From positions 310,001-373,519 of the forward strand of contig QPGO01000079.1 of the NCBI GenBank assembly GCA_008632985.1: a stretch of DNA of 63,519 bases, written 5' to 3'. Shown here piece after piece: positions 48,901-60,930 of this stretch. How positions within the stretch are numbered: position 1 is the first letter of the stretch; each line of letters opens with the position of its first letter. A model generated the notes under the pieces. The model made no database searches. It was not told the DNA's origin and worked only from the letters and a program-made list of their open reading frames with translations. The stretch is from Psammoneis japonica (lineage: Eukaryota). Position numbers and translations under genes: made by a program.

Positions 48901-50583
48901 CTCAACAAGGGTAGTTCCTTCGTTGGGTGTGGCAATCTGAATCAGCTGAGCTATATCATCATGATTCTCAACGTAGTGCCGGGAATCAAGACCCCCTTTG
49001 CTGTGTGCAACAATGTTGAGTTTGTCCACACCCCAGCGTCTCTTTGCGTCAGCGATTGCTAATTTAAGGTCATGAGCATTGTTTGCAATAGAATCATAAC
49101 CTCCCAGGGAGATATGTCCGTCAAAGGGAATGCCGAGACTGGTCAAATGATTCGCCCATGTGCGCCCGATCCACATACTTGCACCTGCTCTATATCCGTG
49201 AACCAGCAGGACGGGACGAGGTGCCTCATCAATTGTTAGTTCAACCTTGTCTACTTGGATGCACTGGACCAGCCCAGCACCGGTGACTTCGATACGAACT
49301 CTGTTCATTTCTGGCTCCAGGGTTCCATCTTTTCCTGGGTCATCTGGAAAGTTGACTACCTCGAGTGGAATACTGAATCTGTTCATTTTCCATTTCCCAG
49401 GGTCGCCGGTGAGAACGCCAACTTCATCATCATTGAAGTAGACATGAAAGCGCATTCCATTTGATGGATATGGCCTGGTCGGATTGTACTCGATGTCGTA
49501 GGCCGCGATACGTAGGACTGCCACCTCAGGAATGAGACCATTTTCCAACAGTTTTGTAATATCTCCATAGTAAGGGACTACTGAGTCAATTTCCAATGGG
49601 ATGTTTGGACCATATGCACAGTTGTCCTCGAGCCTGGCTCCTGAGTACTGATCAAAGGCCAGCGCATCGATTCTAGGAATTCTGGTACTAATGAACCAAG
49701 GAAGAACGGTCTTTTCCATATCCACAATCTGAATCATGTTCTGGAATCCGCCGTATCCCCCTGGGGCATACATTAGCTGACTACGAGGCCGAAGGTCACC
49801 ACTCCCTGTTAAGAAATGTGGAGGCCTATACTCGTTTCCTTGAGACTGCTGCGGAATGAGAACACCGTTGACCGTGTCGACTATATGGTGGTCAAAAAAT
49901 GAATATGAAACACCCTTTAAGCTGTATTGATGCAACACATCATTTTCATCAAAGCCGAGGCTAAGGCCAGCCCAGACACGTGGACAGCAAATTGGAGGTC
50001 GGTAACGATCTCCAATTATCGAGGTCACTCCGTTTGTGGTATCAACATTTAAGATATACCACACCCCTCCTATGTCGGTCTTCACAATGTAGATTCTACC
50101 GGACTTATCGATTGCCAGTGTTCCGCTGTAGTCTGATGATCTCTGGTACGTCTTGAAGACTCGACCGGTTCTGTCATCAATGAAGACCAATTCCGAAATA
50201 CCAAAAGTACAAGAAATTCTGCCACAGTATGGATGGCTGACCAGTCCAACTAAATGGCCACGGTAGCTGTCGTAGGCTAGGGAATGGAAACGCCTGCGAC
50301 CACTGTATTATGTGGTCCCATCGTTGGTAATCTCGTGGATGTAGCTCACAATATTGCTTTCTCCGGTTACCTCATCCACCTTGTAGAGTGTGGCTCGGGA
50401 CGTGTCGTCTGTTCCCACAACGTACAGAGTACTGGCCGCTTCGCCGACCAACAGAGCCAACAGAGCGAGGACCTTTCCAATTGCTGATCAGACAAGAAGC
50501 AAGAAAGCGGTGAGCAGGATGGGAGGGGTTAAAAGAAACAAGTTTGCTCTCTGTGGTTCACCCTTACCTCCAGAAAACTTCAT
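45971..50583 (-). pseudogene. Large secreted multidomain alpha/beta-hydrolase (lipase/PGAP1-like) gene with two in-frame stops and one frameshift
   Basis: Spliced leader MKFSG|AIGKVLALLALLVGEAAS; VLLVHGY, AHSKGG elbow, GDGVVP, AAHGG; LRDDGVSPDEVADDGIYTG; two D..DG(Y/L)YD.L...F(D/N)G..I..N..DGP(Y/F) repeats; PS-rich stalk; C-terminal DIK...AVILGSSDLDVSDIDTSTI domain. Stops TAA 50308-50310 and TAG 48742-48744, frameshift near 47478, introns ~50484-50567 and ~48578-48681. Confidence 0.75.
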
Positions 50584-50850
50584 CTTCTATCCGATAAAGA
50601 TGGCAGGTATGATAATGTAACGATGATGTATTGAAAAAGGTATCATTGCTTGAATTGTGGGATGAGTTCGCATCAAAGATACGAGTTCGCATTGAGACAA
50701 CGAACTGTGGCTACAGTACAGTAGGGCCCTACCGGTACGTACCGTATTGCCGAGTTAGGATCCACGAGATAGAGTGGATGGGTGCGCCCGCCCCTCCGAA
50801 GCTAAGAGTGGGGTGCGCCATCCAAGGCTGTCCAAGGTGCGAGCAAATCG

Positions 50851-53800
50851 TGGCATGTGTCCGGTCACGTAGGTAGCTCCGAGTTTATGAAAAAAGAAGG
50901 GGCAAAGGAGGAGGAGGAGGAGGAGCGAGAGAGGGAGAGATGCATTCACAGTGTTCAGTGTGTGCAATGCGTTCAACGTGCGTGCACGACGCACAGACGA
51001 CCAGCGCTTCCGACACAGTCGCAGCTCCCCACTTTAGAGAGCAAACACTCTAAAGAACAGCAACGTGCCATGATCTGTCTGAGTCATTGCTCACGGAAAA
51101 TTTGCACGCCCACTGATGACGCCACCATTGAGATGCAACCGCACACCAAGCCAAAACTCCATCACTTTTTGCAGCCGGCTCCACCCCATTTTGTCCATTT
51201 CCTCTCCAGACCCGACTGCATGCGGAAAGTTCCAGTGTCCAATTTCCCACATCAACAAAGAACATCAAAAGACTCAAGTCATTGAGAGCATTGGCATGGA
51301 AAGGCAGCTGCAAGCCCTTGCAGTCAAAAACATCTGTGCTGAAAAATGGCGGGCAAAATGAAAATGTGAGTGGAACCACGCACACAACAACAACCCACTG
51401 AGGCCACATGTCACAGCGCACTCACTGTGTCAGCTTCCAGAGGTGGCACTGAGATGCCCCACCCAGTTTTAAGGCCCCAAGTGCTGCCAGTGGTTCGTGG
51501 CATCCGAGCATCCAAGAGGAGGTGAGGAGGCCGTCTGGGCAAGCCTTCGCCTCTCCATTTTGTCCGGCACAAAGCCTGGACTCGTTGGCTCACTGCCAAG
51601 ATCTCCCTGCATGATGTGGACAAAATTGTGTCTTGGACAATGAAGATTTGATTGCAGAGCCAGAAGAAAGGCTCGTCACAGACCAGACACCTGCACACAT
51701 GAACGAGACACACAAAAAAGGCTCGTGAGGTGCGCGGCTTTCGTCAAAACGACTCTAAAACTCAATCAATCACAATGGACTCACAGGATTGTCTTTTTTG
51801 GAGCATGTGAAATCTGTCTGACAAACGTCATTGTTGCAAGTGTCTCCGAGGCTCCATCATGTTGTTTTGTTTCCACGGCATGCATTTTTGAGAAGTTGAC
51901 ATTCTAAAAAATGACGTGCCATTGTTGTGCACTGACCAAGCCCCCAAGAAGGACATCAAGCAAGTCACAAATCCACCCCAATGTAAATGACAGGTGCGCC
52001 AAAGGATGCAGAGTGGGGTGCAGCACAAGGCTTCCAAATGGATGCACTGTGGTGGTGCAAATGCCGTGAAAAAGTTGCCAACTTTGCCAGAGCTTTTGGT
52101 CAACCATGCGAGACAATCAATCGACCTTGCAAGCTGTGACAAAATGCAAAACAACAATCTTCAGCAAGCATTCAAATGGCATAAAATGAGAAAACATGGA
52201 AAGAACTCATCACGGCAATGTTGTCGACCACTCAGATGTTGCCCGCACCGTGCCTCATTTGAGTTGCGAGTCAAGGCACGCAACCGTTTGCAGCATGTGC
52301 AGCAACCAAAGCACCCCAGGAGACCAAACCAATGCATCAACCTCTTTGTGACAATGACAGAAAGAGATCACCCATGAAAAATGCTTCTGAACCCACGATG
52401 TTTGCCATGCTGAGATGCATCAAAGTGCAGTGTGCATGGCCGTTTCTTGTGGCGCGGCATGCCAAATCGGGAGCATTTGAGTGGAATGAAGAAAATGAAG
52501 AGGATTCCCTCTTTTGTGTCATTGCACAACTTGTGCCAGATTGGACTGTTCATTTCTGCTTGTCATCACAGAAATGGAATTTTGTCATTTGTGGGATTCT
52601 GCACAAGTTCCAGCACATTTCCCACACAGTTTGTGAAGAGCCACACCTGCACAGCTGGATGATTGCCTGTTCTGGCACATGTCTGGTCATGCAGGTGGCT
52701 CCAAGTTTGTGGAAAAAAGAAGAGGCAAATGAGGAGGAGGAGCCAGAGAGGGAGAGATGCATTTGCAGTGTTCAGTGTGTGCACAATGCGTTCAATGTGC
52801 AATGTGCATGCACGATGCACAGACAGCCAGGGCTTCTGATGCAGTCGCAGCTCTCTGCTCTAGAGAGCAAACACTCCAAAGAACAGCAACATGCCATGAT
52901 CCATCCAAATGCATTGTCTGCTGCTTCATTGCTCACGAAAAATTTACATGCCCACTGATGACACCACCGCTGAGATGCAACCACACGTCAAGCCAAAACT
53001 CCATCACTTTTTGCAGAGCCGGCTCTACCTCATTTCATCCATTTTGTCTCTAGACCCAACTGGATGCAGAAAGTTCCAGCATCTAATTTCCCACATCAAC
53101 AAAGAACATCAAAAGACTCAAGTCATGGAGAGCATTGGTGTGGAAAGGCAACTGTGAGCCCTTGCAGTCAAAAACATCCATGCTGAAAAATGACAGGCAA
53201 AATGAAAATGTGAGTGGAACCACACACACACAACAAACCATCCACTGAGGCCATGTGTCACAGTGTGCTTCCTGCGACAGCTTCCAGAGGCAGCTCTGAG
53301 ACGCCCCACCCAGTTTTAAGGCCCCAAGTGCCGCCAGCAGTTTGTGGCATCAGAGCATCCAAGAGGAGGCAAGGAGGCTGTCAGGGCAAGCCTCCACCTC
53401 TCCATTTTATCCGGTGCAAAGCCTGGACTTGTGGGCACACTGCCAAGATCTCCCCATGTAACGTGGATAAAATTCTGTCTCAGACAATGAAGCAAATCGA
53501 TTGCAGAGCCAGAAGAAAGGCTTGTCACAGACCAGACACCTGCATGCATGAACGAGACACACAAAAAATGGCTTGTGAGGCACACGACTTTCGTCAAAAC
53601 GACTCTAAAACTCAGTCAATCACAGTGCACTCAAAAGATTGTCTTCTTTGGAGCATGTGAAGTCTGTCTGACAAATGCCACTGTTGCAAGCATCTCCAAG
53701 GCTCCATCACATCATTTTGTTTCCATGGCGTGCACTTTTGAGAAATTGACATTCCAAAAAATGACATGCCATCGTTGTGCGCTGACCAAGCCCCCAAGAA

Positions 53801-54489
53801 GGACATCAAGCAAGTCACAAATCCACAATGTAGATGACAGGTGCACCAAGGGATGCAGAGTGGGGTGAAGCACAAGGCTTCCAAATGGATGCACTGTGGT
53901 GGTGCAAATGCCGTGACAAAGTTGCCAATGTTGCTGAAGCTGCAATCGACCGTACAAGATGATCAATCAACCTTGCAAGCTGTGACAAAATGCAACAACA
54001 ATCTTTGGCAATTGTTCAAATGGCACAAAACAAGAAAATGTAGAAAGAACTTGCCACGGCAAGTTGTCAACCATTCAGATGTCACCCGCATGGCACCGCA
54101 TTTGAGTTGTGAGTCAAGGCACGCAACCGTTTGCAGCATGTGCAGCAACCAAAGCACCCCAGGAGACCAAAACCCATGCATCAACCTCTTTGTGACAATG
54201 ACAGAAAGAGATCACCCATGAAAAATGCACCTGCCCCACGATGTTTGCCATGCCCAGATGCATCAAAGTGCAATGTGCATGGCCGTTTCTCATGGCGCAG
54301 CATGCCAAATCGGGAGCATTTGAGTGGAATGAAGGAAATGAAGAGGATTCCCACTTGTGCCAGATTGGACAGCTCATTTCTGCTTGTCATTGCAGAAATG
54401 GAATTGTGCTGTCACAGGATTCTACACAAGTTCCAGTGCATTTGCTGCGCAGTTTGTGAAAAGCCACCTGTGCAGCTGGACGATTGCCC
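50851..54489. repeat. Tandem duplication, two diverged copies of a ~1.82 kb unit
   Basis: 50861-50889 aligns with 52683-52711 (offset 1822); colinearity continues to CAGCTGGAYGATTGCC at ~52667 and ~54488. Confidence 0.9.
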
Positions 54490-54599
54490 AAATTGTTGTG
54501 GACAAAGTTCTGTGGGCCGCACGTTGCATTGCAGTCACCGATGACCAGAGACTGCACAAACTGAATGATGGAAATGTCCAGCAATGTTGGCGTGACCAG

Positions 54600-56600
54600 A
54601 GGGTTGATCATTGTTGACAAATCATTTGCTTGCGCGCACTCAGAGGCACAGTTTGACAACAAAGTTTGAAGCCATTCACCACGTCATTTTGTTGTGGGGG
54701 AAAGAGTGGTTGTGGGTGAGTCAACCACAACAGTTGCATCATTGTTTGTGTCTTTGCTCTAAGTTTTTTGCCATGAGCAGTGTGAAGAGGTCCAGCTGAA
54801 ACTGGTGAGCAGCTGACAAAAAGTTGACAACCACAGTTGCTGGTGCAGCAGCACCTCCTTGCAAAATGCAGTGCCGGAGCAGGATGTCGTCAGATTTCAG
54901 CACCTTTTTGCAACATGGACTGGGGTTTTTTCCCTGTGTGTTGCAACCTCAAGTGCTGGTCGACTTCTTGGTGGCAGGTTTGGCCACGCTGTTGCTGACA
55001 AGAGCACTGCATCTCAGCTGGCACCTGTTGTCATGCTGCACTGTGCTTCTGTGCATGCTCCAATTTTGCAGCTGTGTGGGTGCCAGATCTGCTGTCAGTT
55101 TCCACTCAAACATTGAAAAGCTGTGAAACCAGAAACAGCACAAAGAGAAGCTGCAAAAGGGGGGGTGGCAGCACAAAGCTGTTTTCAAGGAGAGCAGGAA
55201 GCAGAGTAAATCAAAGAAACTGAAGCCAGCAAAAATGGAGAGGTCAAGAGCATTGGCTCAGATTTGAAGGCTTGAAAAGTCACTGGGTTCTACAATGAGT
55301 GTGTCTGTTGAAGTCTTTCTTGGTTGAGAGCTGTTTTTGGTCTCAGAGGTCATGAGAAAATGACTGCAACTGCACTGTGCTCCATTTCTGACAGATGCAC
55401 ATGATGTTTCAGATTTCATTCAACAGGTCATCTGAGGTGAACAAGCATGCATTGCAGACACATGCACCAGTGGAGAGACTGGTGTGATTTTAAAGTGACT
55501 CTTCTTTGCAAAGGGAGCAAGCACCACAACATTCCCTCAATTTTGGGTGTGGAATTGGAGGGAGGCAAAGGAGTCATCTTGGGTGAGAACAGCAATTGTT
55601 TGAAAAGGTGGAGCTGCGCGCATCTCCGGCAACATTGGCGCAGCACTTTGTGTCCTCAACACTGACAGCCAGAAGCGGTGGATTGGTCAACCAAGGTGCC
55701 ACTTTAGCTGGGCAATCACACATGATGGTGTCCCATTCGTGGAATTGTGCAGGACCAGCATTTGGAAAACATCCCTGCCAAGCAGAAGCTCATGGCATGC
55801 TGTGTTGATTTTTGTTTCGCGTGTCATTTGTGGAATTTTGCAGGGTCAAATCAACAAACAGAGTTGACAAAGCTTTGGTGTTTTGCTTGGATTGCTTGAC
55901 CCTCACACCCCCCACCCCAACTCTTGCAGAAGATTCCAACAATGACTGAGATTTCCACTTGCAACATCACAGCGCCAACACTCTTGCTTCCGACTGGGGG
56001 GGCGCAGTTGACAAAATTCTCCACATTCACATCACCCCCATCCAGTCTCACAATTCAATGGGTGAAAGGCCGCCAAGAAAGACATGCTTCTGTCCACACT
56101 CTTCCCTTTCAGGCTTGAGTGAAAATCTGGGTGGATGAGTCAGCCGGTGCTTGCCAACGTCATTGTCCAGGGGATGCTGTGCAAGTGATGCCATTTCCCA
56201 ATTGCCGCACACATTTGTCAGTGGTGCAAGAAGGCACAGTGACTTTGACTTGCAATGCGGTGCTTGTCAAATGGCACTCCAAGCAACATGTCAAAGCAGC
56301 CAAGCTTGTTCACAATCTTCTCCCAGCAAACAAGATCCCTCATCACTCAGCATGATCTGGTCCAACCACATCATTGTTTGACCTGCAAACACCCAATGAA
56401 AGACAGAGATCATGCACTGAGGTGCCCAGACAACAAAGAATGGCAAAAAAAGTTTTTGCAAGGTGGCACAAAAGCCACATGTTGTGGGGTTACAAAAAAA
56501 TGTTCAAATGCAAATTTGAACACATCCAATGACAAACTCACATGGAGCGCATGTCTGAACAAAAATGTCTTTTGGAGTCGCCACTTTCCAACATTCTAAA
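54600..56600 (+). mobile_element. Second degenerate LINE (Ambal-like) 3' portion
   Basis: CAGPAFGKHPCQAEAHGMLC (RNase H-like GP..G...YRAE.YGML), KLVHNLLPANK, CLTCKHPMKDRDHALRCP...WQKKFL (CCHC). Confidence 0.6.
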
Positions 56601-57861
56601 CATGCCATGACTCGTGATTCTCCACATGATGATTTCTCCCAAAAACCATCACCATTTCACATCATCCCCATCCAGTCTCACAATTCTTTTCCCTTGCAGG
56701 CTTGAGTGAATGTCTGAGCAGATGAGTCAGTTGGTGCTTGCCAAGGTCATTGTCCAAGGCATGCTGTGCAAGTGATGCCATTTCCCAATTGCCGCACACA
56801 CTTGTCAATGGAAGAAGGCACAGTGACTTTGAGTTGCAAGAAACAGATCTGGCATGCAGCTGCTGCTCTCCAGCTGCTGGAGTGCCAGTCAGTGGTGCCC
56901 TGATGTTGCAGAGCTGATGGACTGAAAAGCTCATGCAGTGCTTGTCAAACAGCACTCCAAGCAACATGTCAATTGCAGTCAAGCTTGTTCACAATCTTCT
57001 CCCTGCAAACAAGATCACTCATTGGCGTGATTTGGTCCAACCACATCCTCATTGTTTGCCCTGAAAATGCCCAATGGAAGACAGAGATCACACACTGAGG
57101 TGCCGGGACAACGAAGCATGGCAAAGAAAGTTTTTGCAAGGTGGCACAAAAGCCGCGAGTTGCAGGGTTACAAAAATGTTCAAATGCCAATTTGAGCACA
57201 TCCAATGACAAATTCACATGGAATGCATGTCTGAACAAAAATGTCTTTTGGAGTCACCACCATCCAACCTTCCAAACATGCCACAACTCATGATTCTTCA
57301 CATGATGATTTCTCCCAAAAACCATCACCATTTCACATCGTCCCCATCCAGTCTCACAATTCTTTTCCCTTGCAGGCTTGAGTGAATGTCTGGGCATGAG
57401 TCAGTCAGTGCTTGCCAAGGTCATTGTCCAAGGCATGCTGTGCAAGTGATGCACCGTTTCCCAATTGCCGCACACATTTGTCAGCGGAACAAGGCACAGT
57501 GACTTTGAGTTGCAAGAGAAACAGATCTGGCATGCAGCTGCCATTCTCCAGCTGCTGGAGTGCATTGTTGAGCGCTGTCAGTGGTGCCCCAATGTTGCAG
57601 AACTGATTGACTGAAAAGCTCATGCAGTGCTTGTCAAACAGCACTCCAAGCAACCTGTCAATTGCGGTCAAGCTTGTTCACAAGCTTTTCCCCCTGCAAA
57701 CAAGATCACTCATCGGCATGATTTGGTCCAACCACATCCTCATTGCTTGCCCTGAAAATGCCCAATGGAAGACAGAGATCACACACTGAGGTGCCCGGAC
57801 AATGAAGCATGGCAAAGAAAGTTTTTGCAAGGTGGCACAAAAGCCACGAGTTGTGGGGTTG
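56026..57861 (+). repeat. Three tandem copies (third partial) of a ~630-680 bp LINE-derived unit
   Basis: TTCACATC..CCCCATCCAGTCTCACAATTC recurs at ~56026, ~56656 and ~57332, each followed by colinear sequence. Confidence 0.88.
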
Positions 57862-58814
57862 CATTGGTGAGAAGGAATGAAATTGATGTGCTTTGTGTGT
57901 GAGTGGTGGCTGCTGTGTGCCTTGCCAAGAGCCCTGCATGGTTGACCTGCTTCCTCCATGTGAGTGCAGAGCGGCAAAATGTGCTCTTGGGTCTTCTGGG
58001 AAAAGCCTCAGTTGGGGGGTCATTTGCTGCTTTTTCAGCTTGAATTTGGCCAAACAGCTTGTGACTTGCACAATTTTTCCACTTCTCCATGGTGAAAGGC
58101 ATCAGGCCACAGTCTGTGTTGGAGGTGGCCTGTCCACCCACTGTCCTTTGTTTTGTGCTCGTTCTTGTTGTGTGCGTCAAGCCCAAATGTCACACACGCA
58201 CAAACACACACACACATGCCACCAAATGTTTGTGTGGACCATGGGCGCTCCTGCTGCATTTTAGAGAAACATTTGTGATTGCCAGCATTGTCATGGTGCC
58301 TCGGTCATGGCATCATCAGGCCCAGGTGTGAGCATTTTTTGCACTAAAAAACAAACACCACAGACAACCTCGTTAGGGTGCAGAGGCGCAGCTCCAGGAC
58401 AAGCTCGGACTCGGGGTCCCCAGAAAAAAAAATCATTCCAAGATGATGATGTTGTGAGTTTGAGCTGATGGAACCATTCCCTTTGATGCCGTTCCTCCTC
58501 AGTTTGTGCCGAAAATGTTTTACTTCTCGCGCTTGTGACTTGTGACAAACTACGGTGCACAACATGATGGGTCGACTTTGAAAGAGAATCATGAATCTTT
58601 GGAATCTTTGAATTTTATCGAATATTCAGGAATATTCGACAAAGATTCAGGGCACGCGTCACTTTTTTGTTCTTTGCTCGTTCGTACTGAAACGTGTAGA
58701 AATCCACGTAATCTGGCGCGGGTCATACTTCCGCTCTTCAACTTGCGCTTTTGACTCGTTTTCGATCGAAAAAATCAACACAAAAACCGAACGATTCATC
58801 ATCGGCATGAGACA

Positions 58815-60369
58815 ATGAAGTTCTGTAAGAACCTCCAGCGGGTGGTCGACATATCAGATCCAGAATGGGCACCGTATTGGACCAACTACAAGATGCTCAA
58901 GGTAAGTGGATCGTTTGTTCAATCTCAACACGAATGAATGATGCTTTCGCACTTGGCTCCGTCGACTTCATGTCATTCTTCATCACGCCCACAAGACTGT
59001 TTCGATTTTCAATCTAAGTTTTCTGGATTCCTTTTGATTATTTAACGTCATGACGTACTTATTTCTGAATATGTTAAGTGATGTCATTGTCGCACTTAAT
59101 ATCTTGATTTTGATTGGCTCAAAGATGTTTTTGAATGAAAGTTTGGATGAATCTTGCGTCATTTGACGTTAAATAAATTGGAATCTAGAATCTTTGTTTT
59201 GTAAATTTGTTTTCCTTCCACGAAAAATGACGTGTACGCATCTTGATCTTACTCAATGACACCCTCTTCCGTCGTTGTTTTTTTTGCCATTGCAACAGAA
59301 ATTAATCAAAGAATTACCATCGCTGGTGCCTTCCGATGATGGGACAAAGGCACAGAGAGCACGTGCTGCGTCGATGGAAGGAACTCGGGCCGCCTCACCG
59401 TCCTTGTCGGTGGATTCGGCGTTGTCTGCTGGGCGTCAACAACAACAACACGGCGACAAAACTACAGAGACTGCGGTGGTTGTAAATCCTGAAGGAGGAG
59501 AATCAAATGAAGCAGATGGAGTTGCTAGGCTAGAAACAAATGAGAACGCGGCTAGTTATATTGGAAAGAGCCCGGGGGAAGTTGCGTTTTTCAAATTATT
59601 GCATACCGAATTCAACAAGGCAACGCACTTTTTCGCACGAGCAGAGCAGGAATTTGTTATTCGAGAAGAGCGAGTCCGAGAGGGTATGAGGATTATGAAG
59701 CAACCGAATTCAATCATGGTTAGCGAAAAGTGGTCGCTCCTGGCGAAGAGTCTGTATCGATTGTATAAGGATTTGTTGTTGCTCGAGACCTTTGCCATTA
59801 TGACTTATTGCTCTTTTTCAAAAATTCTGAAGAAACACGACAAGGTTACTGGTTATAATACCCGTGCCAAATTCATGGCAAATGTGGTGAGCAAGGCGAA
59901 CTTTACAAATTATCCTTTGGTTCTGGAAATGATTAGTAGGTGCGAGCAGCTATACGAGGAGGTTTCAGCAAAGTTGATTCAAGAAGGAAAGCAGGGGCTT
60001 TTTGACGACGAAAGGCTTTTCATCAACATGATCCACAGACTCAATGAGCAGTGCATGGATACCGCCGATGGAGAGGGTGCGGAACGCAAGGAAGTAAAGA
60101 GGTCAATCGGGAATGACGTCGCGTCGCTACCGGGAAATAGGCGTGAAAGCGAAGCAACGTCCTCTTTACGATCTCTGGTGGAGGAAAACGACAAAAAGAA
60201 TATGCTAGCGCAAGTATCCGAAGGCGCAACAGGAGTTGACTACGATGATTGCTGTGATGACTGCTCAACCTCGGTTGCTGAGGGTAGTCAGAAAAGACCA
60301 GCATCAGACATGAGTTATTATGAGACCGGGGAGAAAGAACAAAAGAGACCCAGATCACAGGAGTCGTGA
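58815..60369 (+). CDS. SPX: Stand-alone SPX-domain protein (phosphate / inositol-polyphosphate sensor); intron 58902-59298
   Basis: Exon 1 MKFCKNLQRVVDISDPEWAPYWTNYKMLK|KLIKEL is the SPX N-terminal signature; FFKLLHTEFNKATHFF and YCSFSKILKKHDK (lysine cluster) follow; GTAAGT donor and CAACAG acceptor are in frame. Confidence 0.92.
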
Positions 60370-60930
60370 AAGCAAAGTAAGCAGAGAGCTCTTCGAGGAA
60401 AATTTTTCGTTAAGACTTAAATATTTATAGCTATGATTATGAGGAACTTGCGGGTAGTTCTGATTTTGACGATATTCAGCATCAAAGCACAGGCTCGACG
60501 AAAACATGCTTCGAGAAACTATCGTTGTGGCTTGACTAAAAATGATGATTCGTTGGCAAATAATAAGCCCACCGCGCGCACTGCGATTTAGAGAAGTGCT
60601 GACCCCACCAATAATCACCGTAAAACAATAGCTTTTAGGGCCCTAAGTCACAGCATATGGCCCTATGATAGACAAGGCGTACGCTACCCGTTGCGGGTAG
60701 CTCTCTCAAGGAAGAATTCACATGTTTCCACAGTCTATGACCTCTACTACTACTAGCTAGCTCATCCCTAGCTCTAGCTCGAGAGTATCCGTGCTTTGTA
60801 CGTAACGTACGTTTACATTGAGACTTGACCCTGCAAACTGCAAACTTAGTTTGAGCTACGAGCTATAGAAAAACTGTGATTACCGGTGTCAAAAAAAAAT
60901 GACAGAACCGCTTCAGCAACAGAGAGCGCA

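Noticed and set aside
48742..50310. Stop-codon readthrough or an alternative genetic code in the hydrolase gene
   Set aside because: Two different stops plus a frameshift, and neighbouring genes end normally in TAA/TAG/TGA; gene decay or error is simpler.
10350..58540. Classical fungal RIP as the explanation
   Set aside because: RIP (CpA>TpA) raises TpA and lowers CpA/TpG; the opposite is seen here.
10284..58592. The many 60-330 aa Cys/His/Gln-rich ORFs in the converted blocks as novel metal-binding proteins
   Set aside because: They overlap in all six frames, lack Tyr, and arise because TAA/TAG stops are depleted and TG/CA codons enriched; those I can recognise are TE or gene relics.
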